Source: Okamejei kenojei (taxonomy: Eukaryota). From it: a stretch of 64,000 nt of DNA. A program made the position numbers and the translations under genes. The notes beneath the pieces were generated by a model, which had not been told where the DNA came from, ran no database searches, and saw only the letters and a program-made list of their open reading frames with translations. This document shows positions 23,466-35,856 of this stretch, one piece after another; position 1 is the stretch's first letter; the number at the start of each line of letters is the position of its first letter. Where the stretch lies: assembly GCA_035221665.1 (NCBI GenBank), contig CM069137.1:76818001-76882000 (forward strand). Reading direction: 5' to 3'.

Positions 23466-23549
23466 CTTTTTTAGCCTTTTCTGGAATGAGTTGGGCTGTT
23501 CTTGAAACAGTGATAGGTGCAGGTTCAGCCTTCTTGACAATTTCAGGCT
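23466..23549 (-). CDS. TTN: Titin PEVK exon (84 nt)
   Basis: (E)PEIVKKAEPAPITVSRTAQLIPEKAKK. Confidence 0.82.
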
Positions 23550-23732
23550 CTTCAAATATCATTAATTTTCAAATTGAGTATTCGGTAAGATATACAAACA
23601 TAGGCAAAAGAATAAACAAACAAATATAGACAACAGAATAAACAAACAAACAAACAAACAAACAGAAAAATAAATTGATTAGTACAACCTGGAATAGCTG
23701 ACATTTAGATTTCAGAGAACATTATAATAATT

Positions 23733-23930
23733 TACAAAAGGCTGGAGTATCTCAGCGAGTCAGACAGCACCTCTGGAGAAAAGGAAGAGGTGACGTTTTG
23801 GATCGAGACCCTTCTTGACCCGTAATGTCACCTCTTCTTTTTCTCTAGAGTGCTGTCTGACCCGTTGAGTTACTCCAGCTTTTTGTGTCTATCTTTGGAT
23901 TAAACCAGCACCTGCAGTTCTTTTCTACAC
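23733..23930. mobile_element. Penelope-derived palindromic insertion
   Basis: Inverted arms of about 80 bp centred near 23815; degenerate hammerhead cores. Confidence 0.7.
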
Positions 23931-24906
23931 ATTATAATTATTTATAATTGGAAATGTTTTTAAAATTTGAAAATAATTTTCACAAAACAGGCTTGTCTTA
24001 TAACTTCAAATATTTAGAAAATCCAACAGGCAAATTTGAAGAATTGAAGTTAGACATTTTCTCTTCACTTCTGGAACAGTATTTCACATTGAAAATGCAC
24101 AGAAGGAATGAAAAAAATATACCCCTCACAGATCCAATGTCAAACAAGGTCGGAACAATTTTAATCCAATTCTTGGTAACCATTGTACCTCAGTGCAGAA
24201 CTCTAATTTATTACCGGTAGATTGTTAATCTATCCAGAATTTACAAAATAATTCTTGTGATTCTAATGGTGAAATTAAGATCATTAGATCTGGAAGCTGA
24301 TTATCAGTGCAAGAAATGGAAAATGGTTTAGTCTAGAGCATAGATATTCATCCATGTCACATAATATCTGTGTGGGATCCTTGTCTACCTGCACTCACCT
24401 GCCCTGGATGTGGAGGGCTGATCTCGCAAACCCACTGCACCTGAGAGTTGGACTAGGAGGTCCAAATGATGAATAGGTCTCAATCAGCATAGACCTGTAG
24501 CCTAGCTTCCACAACATCCCTGACAAGGTTTGGTAGAAGGCAAAGCTATGGTGGAGCTTTGCTTTGTGTCAAAGTTCTCAAACATTATTACAGTTTTTAA
24601 ATACCACTGATATTCAAAGACATTTAATGACAATTAATATTGAGGTAAGTAATTAAAACTGATAGTAACATATTAAAGAATATTGTTAATTAAACACATA
24701 AAAGCACAAAAACAAAGCAAAGGTAAGAGTCGAGCAAATGCTCTGCGAAATGCTTGTATGATATATGTGAGTAAAAATTATCTTTGAAAAGAAGACAAAA
24801 TGAGGAGTGAAATCAGCCATCTGTATAATTGGTGCTCAGCAGTGCTCTGTTATGTGTGCCTGTGGTAGTTTAGTTTTGCCCCACTTTCTTGGTGTGTTGT
24901 TTTTAC

Positions 24907-24990
24907 CTTCTTGTGGTTCAGGTTTCTCAACTTGTGGAACAGATACAGGCTTAACTTCTTCAGCGACTGGTTTCTTCGGAATCTTAGCAA
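24907..24990 (-). CDS. TTN: Titin PEVK exon (84 nt)
   Basis: (V)AKIPKKPVAEEVKPVSVPQVEKPEPQE. Confidence 0.85.
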
Positions 24991-25352
24991 CTTTCAAAAG
25001 ACATATTATATTTTAAAATTTAAATGATAAAAAAAGCAAGATTTAACAAAATAGAAATGCACACTATCCACACCACAAAGCTTGGACGCCACAAAGCATG
25101 CATAATACACCTCTAAGATTGACTTTTATACCTCTTCAAATAAGAAACTGGGTTTCATTGTAAAGTGTGAACACCTCATAACATTTCCACTATGTGCAAT
25201 ACCCTTGATTGTGCAATAGGGTTTATAACAATAACAACACATAAATATATCAAAAGAAACAAGGGCAGATAATAGAATTAAAAATTAGAAAGTAGCAAGG
25301 TACTTATTTGTTACAATATTTTTAGCATTTAAACCAACAAAAAGTTATCTAC

Positions 25353-25421
25353 CTTTTTCTGGAGTAACCACTTTCTTCAGTTTCAGTGGTTCAGGAGTTG
25401 GCTTCTTAGGAACTTCGGGCA
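25353..25421 (-). CDS. TTN: Titin PEVK 69-nt array exon
   Basis: (V)PEVPKKPTPEPLKLKKVVTPEK. Confidence 0.85.
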
Positions 25422-25763
25422 CTTCAAGAAATATTACATTTTTAAGATGATATGGAACTATTATAACCATACATGCAAATAAAACAAGCTCACATAACAC
25501 AAACAATGAGGCCGTACTATTCAGCACTTAATATTTAATCTTATCCAGAAAACAAACTGGATGAGAAATTGCTAACTGCAGTTATAAAGAAAATGGTACA
25601 TGATTACCTTGCAAACAACATGCTAACCTAGTCCAAAAACAGTATTGGCAGGAGAGCTAGGATTTGTGAACTTAGAAAGAGTTAACCTTTCAGGTTAATT
25701 ATTTTTTATCAATAGAATGGTTAAATGATAATTGTTCAATATAATTTATAACAATAATACATA

Positions 25764-27151
25764 CAGTGCCCTCCATAATGTTTGGGAAAAAACCCATTAT
25801 TTATTTATTTGCCTCTGTACTCCACAATTTGTGATTTCTAATAGAAAAAATCTTGTGGTTAAAATGCACATTGTCAGATTTTAATGAAGGCCATTTTTAT
25901 ACATTTTCATTAGTCCCCCATTTCAGGGCACAGCAATGTCATGAAACTGAAAGTAGTTATGTTTAGTATTTTGTTGCATATCCTTTGGATGCAATGACTG
26001 CTTGAAGTCTGCGATTCATGAACATCACCAGTTGCTGGGTGGCTTCTCTGATGATGCTCTGCCAGGCTATATTGCAGTCATCTTTAGCTTATGCGTGCTT
26101 TGTGGGGTTAGTCCCCTTCAGTTTACTCTTCAGCATATAAAAGGCATGTTCAATTGGGTTCAGATCTGAATTGACTCAAGAATTAACAATTTTTTAGCTT
26201 TGTAAAACTCCTTTGTTGGTTTAGCAGTATGTTTGGGATCATTGTCTTGCTGTAGAATGAACTGCCGGCCAATGAGTTTTGAGGCATTTGTTTGGAACTT
26301 GAGCAGATAGGATATGTCTATACACTTCAGAATTCATTATGTTACTACCATCAGCAGTTGTATCATCAATGACGATGTGAGCCAGTACCTTCAGCAGCCG
26401 TACATGCCCAGGCCATAACACCCCCACCACTTTGTTTCACAGATGAGGTGGTATGCTTTGGATCTTGAACAGTTCCTTCTCTCCTGAATACTTTGCTCTT
26501 GCCATCACTCTGATATAAGTTAATCTTCGCCTCATCTGGCCACAAGACCTTTTTTCTAGAACTGTGGTTGCTCTTTTAAGAACTTCTTGACAAGCTGTAT
26601 CCTGGCCATCCTATTTTTGCGGCTAACCAGTGGTTTGTATCTTGCAGTGTAGTCTCTGTATTTCTGTCCTTGAAGTCTTCTGTGGACAGTGATCATTGAC
26701 AAATCCACACCTGACCCCTGAAGAGTGTTTCTGAACTGTCGGACAGGTGTTTGGGAATTCTTCTGTCATCAGCTGTAGAGGTCTTCCTTGGCCTGCCAGT
26801 CCCTTTGCGATTAGTAAGCTCACCAGTGCTCTCTTTCTTCTCAATGGTGTTCCAAACAGTTGATTTTGGTAAGCTTAAAGTTTGGCTGATTTCTCTAACA
26901 GTTTTATACTTGTTTCACAGTCCACAGTGGCTTCTTTCATTGGCACAACTTTGGTCCTCATGTTGATAAACAGCAATAAAAGTTTTCAAAGGTGATGAAA
27001 AGACAGGAGGAAAGACTAGGTGCTGCAAGCTCTCTTATACCTGCATTAAGGGGGCATTTAAACAAACCTGAGCAATTACAGAGGCAAATAAGAGTACAGA
27101 GGCAAATAAATAAATGATGGGTCTTTGTCCCAAACATTATGGAGGGCAATG
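25764..27151 (-). mobile_element. Tc1/mariner transposon, degenerate transposase
   Basis: TA|cagtgccctccataatgtttggga ... tcccaaacattatggagggcaatg|TA terminal inverted repeats; transposase fragments (GRP, MNSEVYRHIL). Confidence 0.92.
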
Positions 27152-27262
27152 TACATATCTCAAAATTGTCAAAGACATAGAATATAATTAATAATTAAAA
27201 AATAGCAAAATACCTACTTCTCACAATATTTTTACGCGGTTAAATCAGCAAAAGAAACCTAC

Positions 27263-27331
27263 CTTTCTCTTGAGTAACTTCTTTCTTTGGTTTCAATGGT
27301 TCAGGAGCTGGCTTCTTCGGAACCTCAGGCA
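27263..27331 (-). CDS. TTN: Titin PEVK 69-nt array exon
   Basis: (V)PEVPKKPAPEPLKPKKEVTQEK. Confidence 0.85.
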
Positions 27332-27641
27332 CTTCAAGATAATTTATAATGTTGAGATTAAGTATAACTAAAAGCACCAATAACAAATAAAAAGAGCACA
27401 ATTTTTTGTGACAAAAAAGTGTGATATCCAGTACTTGCTATTCTCTAGTACTGAAGGAGAACTGACTAACCACCAAGAACAAGTGTGTAGGAAATGTAAC
27501 ATTGTTAATCTATGTTCATTCATTACTTTATGGGCAACAGATTAAACTTGTCTAAAACCAGAAAATGATGTTGGCCACACTTACCATGCTTTCTAACTAA
27601 TCAAGGCATTTATTTTCCTGCCATATCTCCAGTCCATCTAA

Positions 27642-27960
27642 TGGCCCTGTCCCACAATGTGAGTTCATTCAAGAGCTCTCCAGAGTTTAAAAAAAATCAA
27701 ACTCGTGGTAAGCACGGATAATGAACGTAGCGGGTACGTTGGAGCTCGGGGACGTCTCTTAGCGGCTCGTAACGCTAACGGCAGGTACTCAGGAAAACTC
27801 GCTAACGGCAGGTAAGCTCGGGAAGACTCGTGAAGATTTTTCAACATGTTGAAAAATGTCCCGAGTACCGACGAGCGGCCATTAACGTAAATCTCAGAGT
27901 TCAAATCAGGGCAAACTCGGGAGAACTATTTGAATGAACTCGTACAGTGGGACAGGGCTT
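27642..27960. mobile_element. PIF/Harbinger-type MITE
   Basis: TIR gccctgtccca...tgggacagggc, TWA flanks; absent from paralogous intron copies. Confidence 0.85.
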
Positions 27961-28135
27961 TTAAGATTTGTAACACCCTCAATTGTGGAATAGAGTTTAT
28001 AACAATAATAACACTGTTAGCATATATCAAAACAGACAAGGACAGAATTAATAGAATAGAACTAATAGATTAGTAGAAAGGTACATATTTCTCAGGACAT
28101 ATTTTTAGCATTATAATCAATGAAAAGATATCTAC

Positions 28136-28204
28136 CTTTTTCTGGAATAACCTCTTTCTTTGGTTTCAAAGGTTCAGGAGTTAGCTTCTTAGGAACTTCA
28201 GACA
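28136..28204 (-). CDS. TTN: Titin PEVK 69-nt array exon
   Basis: (V)SEVPKKLTPEPLKPKKEVIPEK. Confidence 0.85.
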
Positions 28205-28502
28205 CTTGAAGAAATATTATATTTTAAGATTAAATGCAACTATTATAAACCTAAAATCATAACCTATATAACAAGGGAGCATAAATATAGTTACAGAAAA
28301 TTCTGATAACTAGTACTTGGTATTATCCTGTACTTGAGAAGGAACTAACTAACCACGGGGAACAAGTGTGCAGAAAATGTAACATTGTTAATTTATGTTC
28401 ATTCATATCCTTACGGAAATAGATTAAACTTGTCCTCTAAACCTGTCCTATCCATTTCTCATGACATATTTTTAGCATTTAAATCGACAAAAAGAAACCT
28501 AC

Positions 28503-28571
28503 CTTTCTCTGGAGTAACCTCTTTCTTTGGTTTCAATGGTTCAGGAGTTGGCTTCTTGGGAACTTCGGGCA
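28503..28571 (-). CDS. TTN: Titin PEVK 69-nt array exon
   Basis: (V)PEVPKKPTPEPLKPKKEVTPEK. Confidence 0.85.
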
Positions 28572-28695
28572 CTTCAAAATATATTATAATTTTAAGGTTA
28601 AATACAACTTCTGTAACCTAAAATTATAACTAGTATAATGTTAAAAAAGTACAATTGCATGTGATAGGGAATCATGATATTTACTACTTGCTCTT

Positions 28696-29300
28696 AAACA
28701 TAGAAACATAGAAATTAGGTGCAGGAGTAGGCCATTCAGCCCTTCGAGCCTGCACCGCCATTCAATATGATCATGGCTGATCATCCAACTCAGTATCCCG
28801 TACCTGCCTTCTCTCCATACCCTCTGATCCCCTTAGCCACAAGGGCCACATCCAACTCACTCTTAAATATAGCCAATGAACTGGCCTCAACTACCCTCTG
28901 TGGCAGAGAGTTCCAGAGACTCACCACTCTCTGTGTGAAGAAAGTCTTTCTCATCTCGGTCTTAAAGGATTTCCCCCTTATCCTTAAGCTGTGACCCCTT
29001 GTCCTGGACTTCCCCAACATCGGGAACAATCTTCCTGCATCTAGCCTGTCCAACCCCTTAAGAATTTTGTAAGTTTCTATAAGATCCCCTCTTAATCTCC
29101 TAAATTCCAGAGAGTATAAACCGAGTCTATCCAGTCTTTCTTCATAAGACAGTCCTGACATCCCAGGAATCAGTCTGGTGAACCTTCTCTGCACTCCCTC
29201 TATGGCAATAATGTCCTTCCTCAGATTTGGGCAATAATGTCCTTCCTCAGATTTGGGGCAATAATGTCCTTCCTCAGATTTGGGCAATAATGTCCTTCCT
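28696..29300 (-). mobile_element. Young 5'-truncated CR1
   Basis: Nearly identical to 8256-8795; ctctt on both flanks; empty site at about 35980. Confidence 0.93.
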
Positions 29301-29966
29301 CTTCTCCTGTACTGGAGAGAGGAACTGACTAACCGAGAATGAGTGCACAGAAAATGTAACATTATTAATCTATGCTTTCATTACTTTACAGGCAACAGAT
29401 TAAACGTCAAAAACCAGTGAAACCCCCATGGAAATGCCAATGCTGACCGCACTACCAGAATTGTGAGATGTTTTCTGAATCTCTGGATTCCAGTATTCTG
29501 GAAAATGCCATATTCATAACTGTTTAGAGGCAAGGTCACCTTGACTACAAAATCATGGTTGTCTTTGCCCCAATTTGTGGTGGAAATTTTGCTTACATCT
29601 GGCCTGTTACCTGGAGGTAAAGTTCCATGGTTAGAGGGAAATGGGAAGAAATGGTTTCCTTTATTTCAAGTTATAAAGTATTAACGCGAGCATGATGTTG
29701 CTTAAGTAACAAAAACAGCTCGATAAATCATTTTGGTTAAATTGTGATTGCTACTAAAAATACTATTTATTCTTTATGCCAAGATCAAATGATGTTTTAT
29801 GTTTACTATTTGAATGAAATCGGTGAAGCTATATAGGCATCCAGTCAATGTCAACAATGATCAATCTGAGTTATTTTTGTAAATTCTCTGATGATAGGAT
29901 ATGTTATAATCAGCCAATGGAATAATCCAAAACTTATTTTCCTACCATGTCTCCAGCCCTTCGAAA

Positions 29967-32009
29967 TATATATATATATATATATATTTTTTTTTTAATT
30001 TTATTTTATTAGAAGTACAGGAATATGGCACCAAGGTGCCTAATATATATTGACATGTTACATTTTATGTACAACTTCTTATTTATTTTATTTTATTTTT
30101 ATTAAATAATGAAAAAGAAAAAGAGAGAATAGATAATAAAAGATAGAGAAACATGTGATATATAGTGTGTGCGAAAGAAAAAAGTGTGAAAGAAGAAAGT
30201 TGAGAAAGAAAAAGAAAAAATAAATAAAAAAGAGTAGGAAGTAAGAGATTAAGGAGATCGTTATCTATGTTCTTGACCATCCCTCACCCAATCCTGAAAC
30301 AGTTAGCTTCTATGGTTTTGTTGCACCATTTGCTTCCAAAAAATCGACAAATGGAGACCAACTCGTTAAAAATTGGTCTGATTTATTAATTAGGAGGAAT
30401 CGCATTTCCTCAAGATGTGCAGTGTCCAACATGTTCGAAATCCACATTTTTAAGCATTGGTATGGCTGTACTTTTCCAAAAGTTAAGTATAAGTTTTTTT
30501 GCCATTATTAACCCATAATTTAAAAATAAATTTTGAGATGAGTTCAATTTATTCCCATCTTCCATTACTCCAAATATAATCATTTCAGTATTAGGTTCCA
30601 TTTTTATCTTAAATAATTTTGTAAATATTTCAAAAATATCACTCCAGAAGTTATAAAGTTTTATGCAGGAGACAAAAGAGTGCGTTATAATTGCATTTTG
30701 GGATAGACATTTATCACAAATGGGGGAAGTATTTGGATAGAATTTATTCAATCTAGTTTTTGAGTAATATAATCTATGTCAAATTTCAAATTGAATTAAA
30801 TTATGTCTTACATTAATTGAACATTTTTGTATATATATCAAATACTTTTCCCATGTTTCCTTCGTAATTTTTATCATTAATTCTCGTTCCCACTCTTCTC
30901 TAAGTGCCTCTGTTGATTGTAAATCTATTTAAAATACTATTATATAAATATGATATTAATTTCTGTGTGTCAGCCTTAATGTTCATTGCTTCTTCCAGTG
31001 GATCTAAAGTTATGTTTTAACATCTTTGTATGTATTTCTTCATGAAGTTGCAGATCTGAAGATATTTAAAATATTGGTTATTTTTCAGTTTAAATTTTAA
31101 TTGTAATTGTTGGAATGATAACAGATTTCCCATTTCATACAAATCACCGATCCTTTTAATTCCCATTCTTTCCCATTGATTATATGTTTTATCAATAAAA
31201 GATGGTTTAAATGAAAGATTATTCACCATTGGCATTAACAATGATAGGTTTCTTAATTTTAAGGATAATTTTATTTGTTTCCAAATTCTTATTGTATCAT
31301 GTATAATTTGGTTATTCTTATATATTATGTTGTTCAGTTTTATCGGGGAGAAGAGGATCGCTCCTATATTACAAGGAGAACAGTCCTCTTTCTCCATTCT
31401 TACCCATTCTGTCTGTTGGGTAGAACTGTCCAACCAGTAAATTATATTCTTAATATGCACTGCCCAATAATAATACAAAAAGTTCGGAAGTGAAAGTCCC
31501 CCAATGTCTTTTGGTTTGCACAAATTTTTTCTTTGAATTCTGTGTGATCTATAATCCCAGATAAAATTGGTAAAATTAGAGTCTAGTTTTTTGGTATATA
31601 TAATGGTATAGATTGAAATAGGTATAATATTTGTGGTAAAAAGATCATTTATATAGCATTTATTCTGCCTATTAATGATAACGGAAGTGTTTTCCAGATT
31701 TTAATCGACATGCTGAATTTATTTAATAAAGGCATAAAATTAGCATTAAATAATGCTTGTATTTTCTAGTAATTTGAATACCCAAAACTTAAATTTTTCT
31801 GTTGCAATTTTAAAAGGGAATTTTAATAGGTGTGGAGATTCTTGAGGTTTTAACGTCATGATTTCACTTTTATTCCAATTTATTCTGTATCCAGAAAAAA
31901 AACTGAATCCCTCTATTAAATTTAATAAGTTTGTTATGCTCGTTTGTGAGTTTGTAATATATAAAAGTATATCATCTGCATATAATGAAATTTTATTATT
32001 TGAGTCCCT
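29967..32009 (-). mobile_element. 5'-truncated L1/Tx1-clade LINE
   Basis: ISLYADDILLY RT motif, GGLSLPNF, CDKC; TSD ccttcgaaa; A/(TA)n tail; empty site at about 36868. Confidence 0.93.
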
Positions 32010-32179
32010 CCTTCGAAAGATTTTTATACCCTTAATTGTCCAATAGGCTTTATAACCACAATAACACACAAATATATAAAAATAGACATGGACATAGAAT
32101 GGAATTAATCATTTAAAAAGTGGCAAGGTACATTTCTGACAACATATTTTTAGCGCTTAAATCACAAAAGGAAACCTAC

Positions 32180-32248
32180 CTTTCTCTGGAGCAACCACTT
32201 TCTTTGGTTTCAATGGTTCAGGCGCCGGCTTCTTAGGTACTTCAGGCT
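32180..32248 (-). CDS. TTN: Titin PEVK 69-nt array exon
   Basis: (E)PEVPKKPAPEPLKPKKVVAPEK. Confidence 0.85.
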
Positions 32249-32358
32249 CTTCAAGAAATATTATAAAATTGACATTAAATACAACTACTGTAACAAAACA
32301 TTGCCAATATAAAAAAGAGCACAAATATGCGTAACATTGAATCCCGATTCTAAGTACT

Positions 32359-33131
32359 TTTAGAGTTTCCTTTTTTGTCATTCAAACTTTTAGTTTGAAC
32401 GAAAATTGCGTACCTTGCAGTCATGACAGAAAATAAAGTAACAGAACACACAATGAACACAGTTTAACATCCACCACAGTGAGTCCACCAGGCACCTCCT
32501 CACTGTGATGGAAGGCAAAAGTCTTAAAGTCTTATCTCTTCCTTCCTTGTTCTCCCTCTGCATCGAGGCGATCCAGGCTTTCGATGTTGGGTCCCCCGCC
32601 GGGTGATGGTAAGTCCCACGGCCAAATCCGAGCTCCGCGAACGGGCCAATTCAAACTCGGCGGCCCGGGGCGGACGAAGCTGCCACCCTCCAGTCCAGCG
32701 GACGAAGCTGTGGTTGCGAGAGCTCTGGAGAATCGGTCACCAACCTGCGATCTGCGAGCTCCCGATGTTGTCGTCAACTGGGCCCGCGGCCGAAGCCTCT
32801 GAGGCTCCGAAGTCTGGCCGCAGCGCCACCACAGCCCCGGTCGGCCAGACGGTGAGTCCACACGCTCTGCCTCCGGAGCCTCCAGGTCGGTCCCAGTTGG
32901 AGGCCGCCAGCTTCGCGATTAGGCCTCAGCGCAGACGGAGACGGAGAAAGAGATACGACCAAGAAAAGGTCGCATCCCCTTGAAGGAAGAGGCTAAAACA
33001 AGTTTCCCCCACCCCCCCATACATACACAACTAAAAATAAACTAAAATATACATCTAACAAAAAAGAAAACAAAAAAAAGCAAAACGGACTGCAGGCGAT
33101 CCGCAGCTGCATGGCAGCGCCGCAACTTCCG
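32359..33131 (-). mobile_element. GC-rich non-autonomous non-LTR element
   Basis: Absent from paralogous site at about 37217; shares both termini with 34730-35505. Confidence 0.7.
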
Positions 33132-33576
33132 CTGCTCTTCCCTTGTGCTGAAGGATGAGCCGACTAACCTCTGAGAACGAGTGCTCAGAAAATGTAACAT
33201 TATTAATCTATGCTCATTCACTGGGCAACAGATTAAACTTGTCTAAAACTACTAAATGTTGTTGGCCATATTGACCATGCTCTCTGATCAACTCCATTGA
33301 ACTCAACTTAACTCTGCCATTCATATACTTCACCTCAGACTCAGCATCGATTTTTGCAGCAAATCTTATATTCAGCCAATGGAATTATCTTGACTGTATT
33401 TTCCTATCCTATCTTCAACCCATCTAAAGATTTTGTTATACCCTTGGATTTCAAAAATAATAACATAAATATTCAAAAACAGACAAGAACATAGAATAGA
33501 ATTAATAATTAAAAAAGCAAGGTATTTATTTATCACAACATGTTTTTAGCATTTAAATCAACAAAAAGAAACATAC

Positions 33577-33645
33577 CTTTCTCTGGAGCAAGCTCTTTCT
33601 TTGGTTTCAATGGTTCAGGAGTTGGCTTCTTAAGAACCTCAGGCA
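33577..33645 (-). CDS. TTN: Titin PEVK 69-nt array exon
   Basis: (V)PEVLKKPTPEPLKPKKELAPEK. Confidence 0.85.
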
Positions 33646-34729
33646 CTTCAAGAAATATAATAAGATTAAATATAATATAACTAATGATTATAATTAACAT
33701 ATCAAGTAAAAACGGCCCATATATATCTAACTGAGAATCGTGATGCCTAGAACTCGCTCTTTTTCTGTACTTAAGGAGCAACTGACTAACCACTGATAAC
33801 AAGTGTGCAGAAAATGTAACATTAATGCTCATTCATTATTTTACAGGCATAGATTGAACTTGTCTAAAACTAGAAAAAGATGTTGGCCAAGCTTTCTTCA
33901 TCACCTCCACTCAACAATATAATTGTACTATCCTATAGCTCACTTCAGACTTTGCATCGTTGCAAAACATGAACAAATAACTCAACTTTGAATGTGTTGG
34001 TAGCAGTTCCATTATGATAGCTGCATCACTGAAACATACTCCAGGTTACTCAATGCAAAATGTTCCTCTTTCTTGCAGGAGTGGCAGCATAACAACAGGT
34101 ATCAGAATTAAGTGGAGGAGTGAAAGCATCCCTACTTAGTTCAACCCAATGTCAATAACATTGGAAATGACAATGCTGACCTCACCGCCAAAGAATGGGG
34201 ATGTTTCTTGAATCTCCAACCGTATTCTGGAAGATGCTATGTTCATAACAGTTTGGAGCCAAAGTCACCTTGACAACAAAATCAAGGTTGTCCATGTGGC
34301 GTTTTATGGCAGAATTTTTTGCTTAAAATCTAGCTAAGATTCCAAGGATAGAAAATGAGAAGAAATGCCCTCATTTATAAAGTCTTAACACAAGCATTAT
34401 TCTTTTAAGTAACAAAAATCACCTCCCTATATTATTTTGTTTATATTTTGTTTCCTACTAAAAGTTCTATTTATGTTTTTTGCGAATATCAAATTATGTT
34501 TTATGTTTACTATTGGAATAAAATCAATGAAGTCATGTAGGCCAGTCATTGTCAACAATTATCAATCTGAATGATTTTTGTAATTTTTCCAGTGCCAACA
34601 AATCTTATAATCACAGATAGACACAAAGTGCCGGCATAATTCAGCAGTAGTTTTGGGTGGGAACCCTTTCTTCATAATCAGCCAATGCCATTTATTTCCC
34701 TGTCATATCTCTAGCCCTTCTAAAGATTT

Positions 34730-35505
34730 GTTTGATTTGATTTGATTCAATTTATTTCCCATTGTCTTCAAGTAAGAGACAATGAAATGCTATTTCCCAT
34801 ACTGCCATACGAATAAAAAAAACGAAAACACAGAACACAATAGTCCACAACACAAACATCCCCACAGCGACACCAAAGCTCCCCACTGTGAGGGATGGAA
34901 CCAAAGTCCAGTCAACCTCCTCGCTGATGTTCCCCGATGTTCACCCGTCGTGGCCTCTCGAGCTCCCCGCAGTTGCCACGACGGGCGGCCTGATCTTCAG
35001 GCCCTCTCACCGGGAATGATGGAACCCCGACGTCGAACGGGAAAACATTCTCAGCGGCATGGACCTCTGAATCGGCCACCTTTCACTGGAGTCCGCGGCT
35101 CCCGAAGTCCTCAGTAAAGGGTCCCATGACTCCGCGATGTTGGTCAGTGCCGCCCGCACTGGAAGCTCTGCAAACCACAGATCCGTGATGTCGATGCAGC
35201 AGGCCCAACATTCCGGAGCTTCAAACGGCGATCCCAAGTAAGGCATTGCCCGCCCCGCGATGTATCCAGCACTGCGCCAATCCAGTTGGTAGGCTACGAG
35301 GAGGGGGGCGAGGGCGCGACTCGGATAATAGTCGCATCCTCGCCAGGAAGTGACTGAAGGACGGTTTCCCCCTTGTCCTACCCCCCTCCCCCACATAAAA
35401 TACTAACCCCCCCCCCCAAAAAAACATACTTTAAACATACTAAAAATAAAAAAGACTAAAAGACAAACAGACTGCAGGCAGAGGCAGCCATCAACAACCG
35501 GATGT
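34730..35505 (-). mobile_element. GC-rich non-autonomous non-LTR element
   Basis: (tttga)n tail, 3' hairpin, gactgcaggc terminus shared with the 32359 copy. Confidence 0.7.
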
Positions 35506-35787
35506 CCTTCATTGTGCAATAAAGCTCATAGCAATAATGACACATAACTATACGGAAACAGACAAGGACATAGAATTGAATGAATAATTAAAAAGAACCA
35601 AGGTACTAATTTAGTCATAAAGTCAAAGAGTCTTACAGTGTGGAAATAGGGCCGTCGGCCCAACTTGCCCAAATGTTCCATCTACACTAGCCCAACCTGC
35701 CTGCTTTTGGCCCATATTCCTCTAAAACTGTCCTATCCATGTCTCACAACATATTTTAAGCATTTAAATCGACAAAAAGAAACCTAC

Positions 35788-35856
35788 TTTTCTCTGGAGT
35801 AACCTCTTTCTTTGGTTTCAATGGTTCAGGAGTTGGCTTCTTGGAAACTTCGGGCA
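35788..35856 (-). CDS. TTN: Titin PEVK 69-nt array exon (weak donor)
   Basis: (V)PEVSKKPTPEPLKPKKEVTPEK; donor A|gtaggt. Confidence 0.75.

Noticed and set aside
28790-29362. 190-aa ORF with a repeated N-terminus
   Set aside because: Chimera of intron sequence, the 27-bp junction repeat and the CR1 ORF2 tail
32532-35427. Several overlapping ORFs in GC-rich inserts
   Set aside because: Expected from stop-poor GC-rich repeats; no recognisable domains
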